Positions 24,991-32,000 of a stretch of 32,000 nt of DNA are shown here, piece after piece (within the stretch, counting starts at the first letter, position 1; each line of letters begins with the position of its first letter). The notes beneath the pieces were generated by a model. It had not been told where the DNA came from, ran no database searches, and was given only the letters and a program-made list of their open reading frames with translations. The translations under genes were made by a program, and so were the position numbers. The DNA is taken from contig NZ_CP011035.1 of NCBI RefSeq assembly GCF_001465295.1, positions 660,001 through 692,000 of the forward strand. Reading direction: 5' to 3'. The DNA comes from Pseudoalteromonas translucida KMM 520. Its GTDB lineage: Bacteria; Pseudomonadota; Gammaproteobacteria; Enterobacterales; Alteromonadaceae.

Positions 24991-26121
24991 GTGCAATACC
25001 AATTAATTGAAACCCAAAATCAACTTAATACATTTGTTGAGCAAATTAAAAACAAACCCGTTTTAGCCATAGATACAGAGTTTATGCGTCGTCGTACTTT
25101 GTACCCAGAAGTTGCACTTATTCAAGTTTATGATGGCGAGCATTTAGCACTTATAGACCCACTGGCAGAACTGTCATTATTCGATTTTTGGCAAATTTTA
25201 AAAGATCCTGTTGTTTTAAAAGTATTTCATTCTCCTTCAGAAGACATAGAAGTTTTTCAAAAGTACGCAGGGTTTGTTCCTTCCCCGTTATTCGATACTC
25301 AATTTGCACTGCAAATTTTAGGCGAAGGAAACTGCATGGGCTTTGCCCTAATGGTAAAAACCTTACTGGATATTGAAATAGATAAAAGTGAATCACGCAC
25401 AAATTGGTTGCAACGCCCATTAACAACTAAACAATTAGAGTACGCTGCTGCCGATGCCTATCATTTATTACCCTGTTTTAATCTTATTATTGACAGTGTA
25501 AAAGCCGCCGATTTATTTAATATTGTTATTAGCGAAAGTGAGTTAGTAGCTAATAAGCGTGAATTTCAAACCCCAGATGAGCTGCTCTATAAAGACATTA
25601 AAAATGCGTGGCAACTCAGACCACATGAACTTGCAATATTAAGAGAGCTGGCAGTATGGCGTCGAAATAAAGCAATTCGTAAAAATTTAGCACTTAACTT
25701 TGTATTAAAAGAACATAATATGACAGAAATTGCTAAACGAGGCCCTGCCAGTTTAAATGCATTAAGGCAAATTCCGGGCGTTGAGGCGATAGAAGTGAAC
25801 CGCTCGGGAGTCGAAATACTAAAGTGTATTGAACAAGCAAAAGTATTGCCTGAGGAGCAACACCCGGCAATTTTAAAGCGTTTAATAGACTTTCCTAGTT
25901 ATAAAAAAGTAGCGAAAGAAATAAAACAAAAAATTAATAAAGTTGCCAAAGAACATAATATTCCAGAGGATGTAATGGCTTCTAAAAAGCAGGTTAATCA
26001 ACTGATTAGTTGGAATTGGAAGTTATCTGCAACACAAAAAGAGCAGCATATTAAACCAGATTTGCTTAGTTCTTGGCGCTATTCTTTTGTAAAAGATACA
26101 CTAAAAGAATGGGATGTTTGA
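24991..26121 (+). CDS. rnd: Ribonuclease D
   Basis: 376 aa with a GTG start. DEDDy exonuclease motifs (IDTEF, HSPSEDIEVF, YAAADAYHL) plus HRDC regions. It is collinear with E. coli RNase D as I recall it. Confidence 0.9.
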   Translation: MQYQLIETQNQLNTFVEQIKNKPVLAIDTEFMRRRTLYPEVALIQVYDGEHLALIDPLAELSLFDFWQILKDPVVLKVFHSPSEDIEVFQKYAGFVPSPLFDTQFALQILGEGNCMGFALMVKTLLDIEIDKSESRTNWLQRPLTTKQLEYAAADAYHLLPCFNLIIDSVKAADLFNIVISESELVANKREFQTPDELLYKDIKNAWQLRPHELAILRELAVWRRNKAIRKNLALNFVLKEHNMTEIAKRGPASLNALRQIPGVEAIEVNRSGVEILKCIEQAKVLPEEQHPAILKRLIDFPSYKKVAKEIKQKINKVAKEHNIPEDVMASKKQVNQLISWNWKLSATQKEQHIKPDLLSSWRYSFVKDTLKEWDV

Positions 26122-26224
26122 TCGTATTTAAGTCTCTTGGTTAGCTTACATAGGTAACTTACTTAATAGTGTAGTGAGCTAACAGGTATAAATACTAAGC
26201 TGTTATAAGTACACCTAATATTGG

Positions 26225-27484
26225 GTGGCAGTTATAATAACTTTATTAATTTATTTGCTATTCATCGAGTGGTATTGTGTATATGCCACTGTTATTAAAG
26301 TGCTTTTTATGAAAGTTGAAACAATAAAACGTAAACTACTAGAACTGTGTAAACCAGCTTGGATATTAGCCATTTTGGTTGCTTTTAATGGTTACTGGTT
26401 AATTAAACCGGTTGTTGCACGTATGCTCGAAATGCTACCAGGTGTATTAAACTGGTCGCTCGATTGGTTAAATTTAATTGATAAAATAGGAATAACAGAA
26501 CTACCGCGCTTTATTTTAGGTGCAGGCTTAATAATAATGTCGGTTGGCTTAGCTTTAAAAGCACGTTTAGCGTGGGCTTTTTCACTGATATTATTAATAG
26601 TGGTTGCGGTTATTAGTATTTCATCGTCAAGCTCTGGGCTAATATTATTGTCTTACACTATGGTTGTGAGCATGCTATTACTCGTATATTGGAAAAGCTT
26701 TGATGGCTCTAGTATTACCGCAGGTAGTTTGTTTGCTCTAACCAGCACAGGTGCATTAATGCTTTATGCTGTGTTTGGCACTTTGTATTTAGGCAGCGAG
26801 TTTAGTACCCCTATTACCGATTTACCCACTGCATTTTATTTTTCTATTGTGAGTATGTCGACGGTAGGCTATGGCGATCTTTACCCTGTAACGTCTACGG
26901 CGCGACTATTTACAGCATCAATTATTGTTATGGGTATTACCGTTTTTGCTACTTCTATCAGTGCTATTATTGGCCCTGTGATTGGTGGTAATCTTAAAAA
27001 AATTGTTAAAGGTAGGATTTCGAACGTAATGAGAAAAAATCATTTTATTATTTTAGGTATTTCACCCACCGCACACAGTGTTTATGCCGGTTTGGTAGAG
27101 CGTGGCGATGCAGTTACTTTAGTGTGCCCAACAGGGTCTGAACACGAATACCCGGTAGATGCAGACATTGTTTATGGCGACTCAAGCTCGGCAGATATCT
27201 TAATAGAAGCGGGCGCTAAAAAGGCAAATTATATTTTAGCGTTACGTAATGATGATGCTGAAAATGCGTTTAGTATTTTAGCGGCTAAAGAAGTTGCTGG
27301 CGAGGACACCAAAACAATTGCTTTGGTTAATTCAAGTAAACATATTCCGCAAATTAAGCGCGTAAAACCTGACGTAGTATTTTCATTGCAATTACTCGGC
27401 AGTGAGTTGTTAGTGAGAACCCTAAAGGGTGAGACTATTGATAATAAACTGATCACTAAATTGTTCTTTGGTGATGAAGAATAA
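26225..27484 (+). CDS. kch: Kch-like K+ channel: TM pore domain with TVGYGD filter fused to a TrkA-N/RCK domain
   Basis: Selectivity filter SMSTVGYGDLYP, several TM helices, and a C-terminal Rossmann-like HFIILGISPTA. The start is uncertain: the GTG at 26225, or the ATG at 26309 (MKVETIKRK). Confidence 0.82.
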   Translation: MAVIITLLIYLLFIEWYCVYATVIKVLFMKVETIKRKLLELCKPAWILAILVAFNGYWLIKPVVARMLEMLPGVLNWSLDWLNLIDKIGITELPRFILGAGLIIMSVGLALKARLAWAFSLILLIVVAVISISSSSSGLILLSYTMVVSMLLLVYWKSFDGSSITAGSLFALTSTGALMLYAVFGTLYLGSEFSTPITDLPTAFYFSIVSMSTVGYGDLYPVTSTARLFTASIIVMGITVFATSISAIIGPVIGGNLKKIVKGRISNVMRKNHFIILGISPTAHSVYAGLVERGDAVTLVCPTGSEHEYPVDADIVYGDSSSADILIEAGAKKANYILALRNDDAENAFSILAAKEVAGEDTKTIALVNSSKHIPQIKRVKPDVVFSLQLLGSELLVRTLKGETIDNKLITKLFFGDEE

Positions 27485-27570
27485 GCCTGGCTAAAGCGCT
27501 ATTTTATTAAGAATAAGCGCTCGTAATTACTGAGTTATAAAACGCTTAAATAGAGTAACTAAAAAGTATT

Positions 27571-27612
27571 GTGACCCAATAAAGTGCTATTTTGCATTGG
27601 CTCCTGGGTCAC
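27571..27612. terminator. Weak stem-loop between convergent kch and the TIM-barrel gene
   Basis: GTGACCCA (27571-27578) pairs with TGGGTCAC (27605-27612), with a large, partly self-pairing loop. There is a T-run on the minus-strand side. A second imperfect hairpin lies at 27495-27521. Confidence 0.35.
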
Positions 27613-27633
27613 AAAATTACTTTCCTACCGTAG

Positions 27634-28512
27634 TTATTGTGCCATTTCCTGTAAAATCACATCAAGATTAGCTTTAGATTTAGCAACACTTTGCATTGGC
27701 GTTAAACCATGCGGGTATTCTTCTTGCTCTAATACCAGCCATTGAGTACCGCCGTGCTGAATTAATGACTTTATCAGTGACTGCCAAGAATAACTATTTT
27801 CACCAATAATAGGACTTAGACCATCATTTTTATGGGTGCGAATTTTTAAATGGGTTGATATTGTACGTTGCGGATAATTTTTCACGTAAGTGAGAGGGTT
27901 CTTCCCTGCATAATTAACCCAACCAATATCGAGTTGCAGTGGCATATTAGCCGGTGTTTGGGTCGCAATGTAATCCCAATAAGTAGCGCCTTTATAATGG
28001 TTAAACTCTTGATCATGATTATGAAAGCCAATCTGCATATCGTAACGTTGGGCTATATTATTTACTGCAATTAGTTGCTTGGTTAAAGCAATTACACCAG
28101 TTGGGTGCCATGCGCGTTCATCCCATGGTACAAATAATAACGATACGCCTAAGGTTTTATAAAATAGAAGGGTGTCTGAAATGCTCTCATTCGTTAGTAC
28201 TTCAAAGCCAATATGCGCACTGCTAGCAACTAAATTTAAATCACTGAGTTTGCGTTTTAGCTTGCTCGGATCATCGCGGTAACTACCAAAATCACCGGCA
28301 AACTCTACACCTTGAAAACCCATAGCAGAGAGCGACTGTAGTGTACCTTCAAAGTCTGCCTTTAATGCATCTTTAACCGACCAAAGCTGTACACTTACAG
28401 GCGGGAGTGCTTTTGCTGTTTTAGCACTCACTTGCAACGCACTGCAGCTTAGCGTTACAACACCAATAAATAGCAACGTTTTTAGTTGCCAAAATTTTGT
28501 ATTAAACATCAC
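27634..28512 (-). CDS. Exported xylose-isomerase-like TIM-barrel protein ('sugar phosphate isomerase/epimerase' family)
   Basis: 292 aa with a Sec-type signal peptide (LLFIGVVTLSCSALQVSA). VQLWSV...GFQGVEFAG...HNHDQEF...LDIGW...LEQE is the metal-ligand pattern of the AP_endonuc_2 TIM-barrel fold. Confidence 0.78.
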   Translation of the reverse strand: MMFNTKFWQLKTLLFIGVVTLSCSALQVSAKTAKALPPVSVQLWSVKDALKADFEGTLQSLSAMGFQGVEFAGDFGSYRDDPSKLKRKLSDLNLVASSAHIGFEVLTNESISDTLLFYKTLGVSLLFVPWDERAWHPTGVIALTKQLIAVNNIAQRYDMQIGFHNHDQEFNHYKGATYWDYIATQTPANMPLQLDIGWVNYAGKNPLTYVKNYPQRTISTHLKIRTHKNDGLSPIIGENSYSWQSLIKSLIQHGGTQWLVLEQEEYPHGLTPMQSVAKSKANLDVILQEMAQ

Positions 28513-28528
28513 AAAATACCTATTAAAT

Positions 28529-28556
28529 AAGCAAAGAGGTTGTTCGCTCTTTGCTT
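28529..28556 (-). terminator. Intra-cluster hairpin between the small-subunit gene and the TIM-barrel gene
   Basis: Perfect 10-bp stem AAGCAAAGAG/CTCTTTGCTT with an 8-nt loop. The following U-tract on the minus strand is only modest, so this is possibly a partial terminator or an mRNA stabiliser. Confidence 0.4.
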
Positions 28557-28603
28557 TCGTTTCTTTTATGTAGCCATCGTTAGATTAATAGCATTAATTT
28601 AAA

Positions 28604-29353
28604 TCAGTCTTTATAAGCGTATTCGCTTAAGCCTAGTTCTGCTAACACATGTTCTAAATGTGCTTTGGCTTCATCGCTAGGGCCAGGGTAATCACCAGCA
28701 ATAGGTACATTACCTAAGTAACCGATATCTTTACAGCCTTGTGGCGTGCAAAAGTAAGCACCTAACACCAAGTTTTTAAAGCGTAAAAAAGCATCACTTA
28801 TACGTTGAAACTGAGCGGGTATATCTTCACTAACATAGGCAATATCATTTAATATAGCGGTTTGTTGCTCACTATTTAATTGCACAAAATTAGTTTTAAA
28901 ACGAAGTGCTGCCTCATCGTCAATCCACGCTAATCCATGCAGGATAGCGACTCTATCTTTTTGCTGGCCGTTATAAGGCGCGCTTACCCATTCATTAATT
29001 ACACTTGGTACCTGCACTTGTGAAGCACTTGGATTATTACCCTCTTGCGGTACTATGTAATCTGCAAGTACAGCGACGAGTGTCAGCTGGGCATTAGTTA
29101 AGGTGAGCGGCCAAGGCGATTCTGGTGGGAGCACCATATTTGGATCTGTACCATAACCTTTACCTGTTACTGGGGCTATGTCTATATCAGGCCAATGGCC
29201 AGCTTTGCTCATAGAACCATCGAGTGCTTTAGTGCAACCAGCACTTAGTGACACGGCCGATCCTGCGGCGAGTAGCCCAAGCCATTTTAATGATTCACGA
29301 CGTGACATTCCAGAAGCGTATTTGTTAGAGTTGATGCGATCTTGTGTATCCAT
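28604..29353 (-). CDS. Gluconate 2-dehydrogenase subunit 3-family small subunit with a twin-arginine (Tat) signal
   Basis: Tat motif SRRESLKWLGLLAAGSAVSLSAGC. The preferred start is the ATG at 29353 (MDTQDRI..), 1 nt after the GMC gene stop (TAAcATG). The longer ORF-track start at 29386 lies inside the GMC gene. Confidence 0.8.
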   Translation of the reverse strand: MDTQDRINSNKYASGMSRRESLKWLGLLAAGSAVSLSAGCTKALDGSMSKAGHWPDIDIAPVTGKGYGTDPNMVLPPESPWPLTLTNAQLTLVAVLADYIVPQEGNNPSASQVQVPSVINEWVSAPYNGQQKDRVAILHGLAWIDDEAALRFKTNFVQLNSEQQTAILNDIAYVSEDIPAQFQRISDAFLRFKNLVLGAYFCTPQGCKDIGYLGNVPIAGDYPGPSDEAKAHLEHVLAELGLSEYAYKD

Positions 29354-29354
29354 G

Positions 29355-31034
29355 TTATAGCACCCCTTTTTCAATTTGTTTTGCAAGCCACGTTGAGTTA
29401 CGCATTGCGAGTGTCATTATTGTTAAAGTACAATTTTTATGTGGATTTGATGCAAATACACCGGCATCCATAATAAATAGGTTTTCGCATTCCCAGGTCT
29501 GACCCCATTGATTAGTAACAGACTCTTTTGGCGAGCTACCCATTCTGGTAGTACCTACTTCATGAATAATTTCACCACCTTTAGAAATCGCTTTTTCTGC
29601 AGACGGTAATTTACCGACCTTAGCACCCATATTTTCTAAAATTTGTTTTGCTGTTTTTAAGCCGTGTTCAATTTGCTTAAGCTCTCGGTCTGACCATCTA
29701 AAATGGAATTTAGAAACGGGGATCCCCCATTTATCTTTAACGGTTTCGTCAATTTCCATGTAAGTGTCTTTGTTTGGGAGCATCTCGCCACGCAGCGCAA
29801 AGCCAACATAAGAGCCATATGCATCACGAACTTGTTGCTTAAGGGCAGGCCCATATCCTTGTTTATCACCCGACACACCTGAACCTGGCTGATTAAAGCC
29901 GCTACTTATTTCAAAGTGGTAGCCACGTGGAAAGTCAAGCTCACCTTTGGCATGTGCTTTGTGTCCCCACCAAGGAATAAACAAGTGGTTGCCAGTATGG
30001 CCATCTTCGTTATAACGCGGGCGTCCTTTTAAAGCCGGAATTTGCGCGCCTAACCAAGCACCAGTAGAGTCCATCAAGTTACGGCCTACCTGATCGCTCG
30101 AGTTAGCTAAACCTTTAGGGTGTTTGGCTGTTTTAGAGTTCAGCAAAATACGCGCTGATTCACATGCACTGGCAGCAAGAATTACCACATCAGCTGAGAG
30201 AGTATGCTCAGTTACAGATTTTTTCTCAACATAGGTCACACCCGTTACTTTACCAGCGTCATTTACCGCGACAGATTTAACCATAGCGTCGGTAACAATT
30301 TTTAAATTACCGGTCGCCATTGCCATAGGTAGTAGGGAAGTTGTGGTTTGAAAAGCAGCACCAATAGAGCAGCCGCTACCACAAGGTGTCGCATAAAAAC
30401 ACGCCATGCGATCATCTTTATTACGTGTAAGTACGGCTCTGTGCATAGGGACTGCAGCAATACCTAATTTTTTAGCACTGGCTGCAATTAGTAACTCCGG
30501 CACTCTGGGTGTTGGTGGCGGCTGTAAAACACCGGGTGCAGAAGGAGGCATATCGTCTAAACCTGTATTAGTTCCACAAATACCAACGAGTTCTTCAGTT
30601 TTGTCATACCAAGGTGCAATATCTTCATACACAAACGGCCAATCGGCGCCTTGGCCGTCTTGACTCTTACCTTTAAAGTCGTGTTCACTAAAGCGCAACG
30701 AATAGCGTCCCCAGTGATTGGTTCGCCCACCGAGCATACGTGCTCGCCACCAATAAAAATCGGTACCTTTGGCATTTGTGTAGGGCTCGTCTGGTACTTG
30801 CCAACCACCATCTACGGTAGCATCGTAAAAACCAAAGCTTTTATCTTTAGTGCCTGCTCCCATTAGAGGGGCTTCGCTATTGCGGCGAAACATTGGGCTT
30901 TCCGTTTTCGGATCGTAGTCTCTACCAGCTTCTAATAATAAAACTTTATGGCCCAGTTTAGTTAATGTATAAGCGGCCATTGCACCGCCAGCACCCGAAC
31001 CAACAACCAGTACTTTATGATCGAATTTAGACAT
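29355..31034 (-). CDS. GMC-family FAD-dependent oxidoreductase (large catalytic subunit), no signal peptide of its own
   Basis: 559 aa. N-terminal Rossmann VLVVGSGAGGAMAA...LLEAG, and a C-terminal GMC region with HEVGTTRMG and NPHKNCTLTIMTLAMR. Confidence 0.88.
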   Translation of the reverse strand: MSKFDHKVLVVGSGAGGAMAAYTLTKLGHKVLLLEAGRDYDPKTESPMFRRNSEAPLMGAGTKDKSFGFYDATVDGGWQVPDEPYTNAKGTDFYWWRARMLGGRTNHWGRYSLRFSEHDFKGKSQDGQGADWPFVYEDIAPWYDKTEELVGICGTNTGLDDMPPSAPGVLQPPPTPRVPELLIAASAKKLGIAAVPMHRAVLTRNKDDRMACFYATPCGSGCSIGAAFQTTTSLLPMAMATGNLKIVTDAMVKSVAVNDAGKVTGVTYVEKKSVTEHTLSADVVILAASACESARILLNSKTAKHPKGLANSSDQVGRNLMDSTGAWLGAQIPALKGRPRYNEDGHTGNHLFIPWWGHKAHAKGELDFPRGYHFEISSGFNQPGSGVSGDKQGYGPALKQQVRDAYGSYVGFALRGEMLPNKDTYMEIDETVKDKWGIPVSKFHFRWSDRELKQIEHGLKTAKQILENMGAKVGKLPSAEKAISKGGEIIHEVGTTRMGSSPKESVTNQWGQTWECENLFIMDAGVFASNPHKNCTLTIMTLAMRNSTWLAKQIEKGVL

Positions 31035-31036
31035 AG

Positions 31037-31729
31037 TTATAGCTCCTTAATTTTTATATTTTTAAACCAAACTTTGTCACCATGATCTTGCAGACCAATA
31101 TGCCCTTGCTCAGCCGTTGCAAAGTTTTCCCACGTAGCAAATTTACTATTGGCCACTAAGGTGTTCCAGGTAGTACTGCCAATTACAATACTGGTAGTGC
31201 TGATACCGTTTTGCCAGACCTGTAAGTGCATATCCTGCATGCGAATACGTACATGGTTCCAGTTATTTGCAAGTTTATGAGCTGCTTTTGGTGCTGCAAA
31301 AAGATCGTAAATAGAGCCAGATAAATGAGAATCTATTTTATTATCTGAGTGTTCTACATTATCTAAAATTTGAATTTCTGGCGCATGGGAATAGATCATA
31401 CTGCCAGTTTCGTCGGCTAATACAAAAATACCGCTGTTGCCTTTTGTAGAGATCTTCCAATCCATTTGTAATTCGTAGTCGCGGTACATTTTTTTAGTGA
31501 GAATATCGCCGCCACCTTGCGTTAGGGTCATGGCGTTATCTTCAATTTTCCATGCTGAGTTAACCGTGTCACTTTTAAAGTTACGCCACATAGACATATC
31601 TTTACCATTAAAAAGTGATTGCCAGCCGGCTTTTTGCTCTTCTATGGTTAGTTGGTTATCTGGTGTATGGGCATAAGCACAGCTACTAAAAGCCAGTGCA
31701 AGTGACAACATTTTGAATGATTTAAGCAT
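31037..31729 (-). CDS. DUF1080 (3-keto-disaccharide hydrolase family) protein, exported
   Basis: 230 aa with a signal peptide (MLSLALAFSSCAYA). GWQSLFNGKDMSMW, NSGIF, and a C-terminal GHIGLQDHGDKVWFKNIKIKEL typical of the family. Its stop is 2 nt before the GMC gene start. Confidence 0.82.
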   Translation of the reverse strand: MLKSFKMLSLALAFSSCAYAHTPDNQLTIEEQKAGWQSLFNGKDMSMWRNFKSDTVNSAWKIEDNAMTLTQGGGDILTKKMYRDYELQMDWKISTKGNSGIFVLADETGSMIYSHAPEIQILDNVEHSDNKIDSHLSGSIYDLFAAPKAAHKLANNWNHVRIRMQDMHLQVWQNGISTTSIVIGSTTWNTLVANSKFATWENFATAEQGHIGLQDHGDKVWFKNIKIKEL

Positions 31730-31752
31730 AATGTAACCTCGTTTATTTATTT

Positions 31753-32000
31753 TTAATGGTTGCTAGACGCGTTTTTTAGCGTTTTATTTTTATTCATAAC
31801 CAGATGAAACCCAGCAAAAACCACAATTAATATAATAGGGAAAATAAGCAGGTTTCCTAACACTGTTTGCCCTGCTAATACTTGAGTTTGCTGCACCGTT
31901 AAGTTTGCCGCTTCGGCTTCTTTACTTGCGGCATCAATCCAATGACCGATTACCGGGTTCCACATGCTAACTGCAAACATGCCGGCACCGCCCATTAATG
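31753..32000 (-). CDS. Membrane transporter (probably MFS), C-terminal part only; N-terminus beyond the window
   Basis: The frame is open to the window edge. The last two hydrophobic helices are separated by a charged loop. The family call is tentative. Confidence 0.5.
   Translation of the reverse strand, partial: LMGGAGMFAVSMWNPVIGHWIDAASKEAEAANLTVQQTQVLAGQTVLGNLLIFPIILIVVFAGFHLVMNKNKTLKNASSNH

Noticed and set aside
26122-26224. Inverted repeat GTTAGCT (26140-26146) / AGCTAAC (26175-26181) after rnd as a terminator
   Set aside because: It is only 7 bp with a 28-nt loop and has no following T-run. It is not convincing as a terminator or regulatory structure.
29354-29386. Longer start for the small-subunit gene (MQNKLKKGCYN...)
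   Set aside because: This start would overlap the GMC gene by 32 nt and push the Tat motif far from the N-terminus. The ATG at 29353 is placed 1 nt after the upstream stop.
1-32000. Scan for tRNA/rRNA genes, CRISPR repeats, integrase genes, toxin-antitoxin pairs or defence-type gene clusters
   Set aside because: By eye I found no T-loop/acceptor signatures (GGTTCGAATCC-like) outside coding frames. I also found no regularly spaced 25-40-bp repeats, no recombinase or integrase ORF, and no small overlapping two-gene cassettes. The only mobile or defence-related item is the TnpB element.

Overview
This window is about 40% GC and looks like mostly core chromosome of a marine gammaproteobacterium. 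Gene content and protein sequences look Pseudoalteromonas/Alteromonadales-like, but that is a guess made without a database search.

Gene order, left to right:
- RND efflux permease (partial, open at the left edge) with its lipoprotein adaptor (-).
- A 655-bp AT-rich spacer.
- An exported catalase-related haem protein plus cytochrome b561 (+).
- A histidine operon, hisL-leader/attenuator-hisGDCBHA (-), that terminates after hisA. No hisF or hisIE is present in the window.
- An orphan 78-aa ORF (+).
- A cytochrome c::FTR1 iron permease fusion (-) with a Fur-box-like promoter.
- An NhaP-type antiporter (-).
- yoaA and tsaB (+), then an orphan 109-aa ORF (+).
- A tnpA-less IS200/IS605-family element whose tnpB is split by one frameshift in an A5 run (-).
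- PhoA-type alkaline phosphatase (-), an alpha/beta hydrolase, fadD, rnd and a Kch-like K+ channel (+).
- A five-gene minus-strand cluster: partial membrane transporter, DUF1080, GMC flavoprotein, Tat-signal small subunit, exported xylose-isomerase-like TIM barrel.

I found no tRNA, rRNA, CRISPR array or recognisable defence island.

The items most worth follow-up are:
- The all-periplasmic GMC/DUF1080/TIM-barrel sugar-oxidation cluster, which has no cytochrome subunit.
- The nearly intact TnpB element, with its likely omega-RNA and right end abutting a gene stop.
- The self-contained cytochrome c-FTR1 fusion.
- The catalase-like/b561 pair.
- The truncated his operon with a short 4-His leader.
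- An 82-codon start-less open frame whose stop overlaps the start of the efflux adaptor gene.

All family assignments rest on motifs I can read in the translations and on remembered similarity to E. coli orthologues. No searches or structure computations were run.
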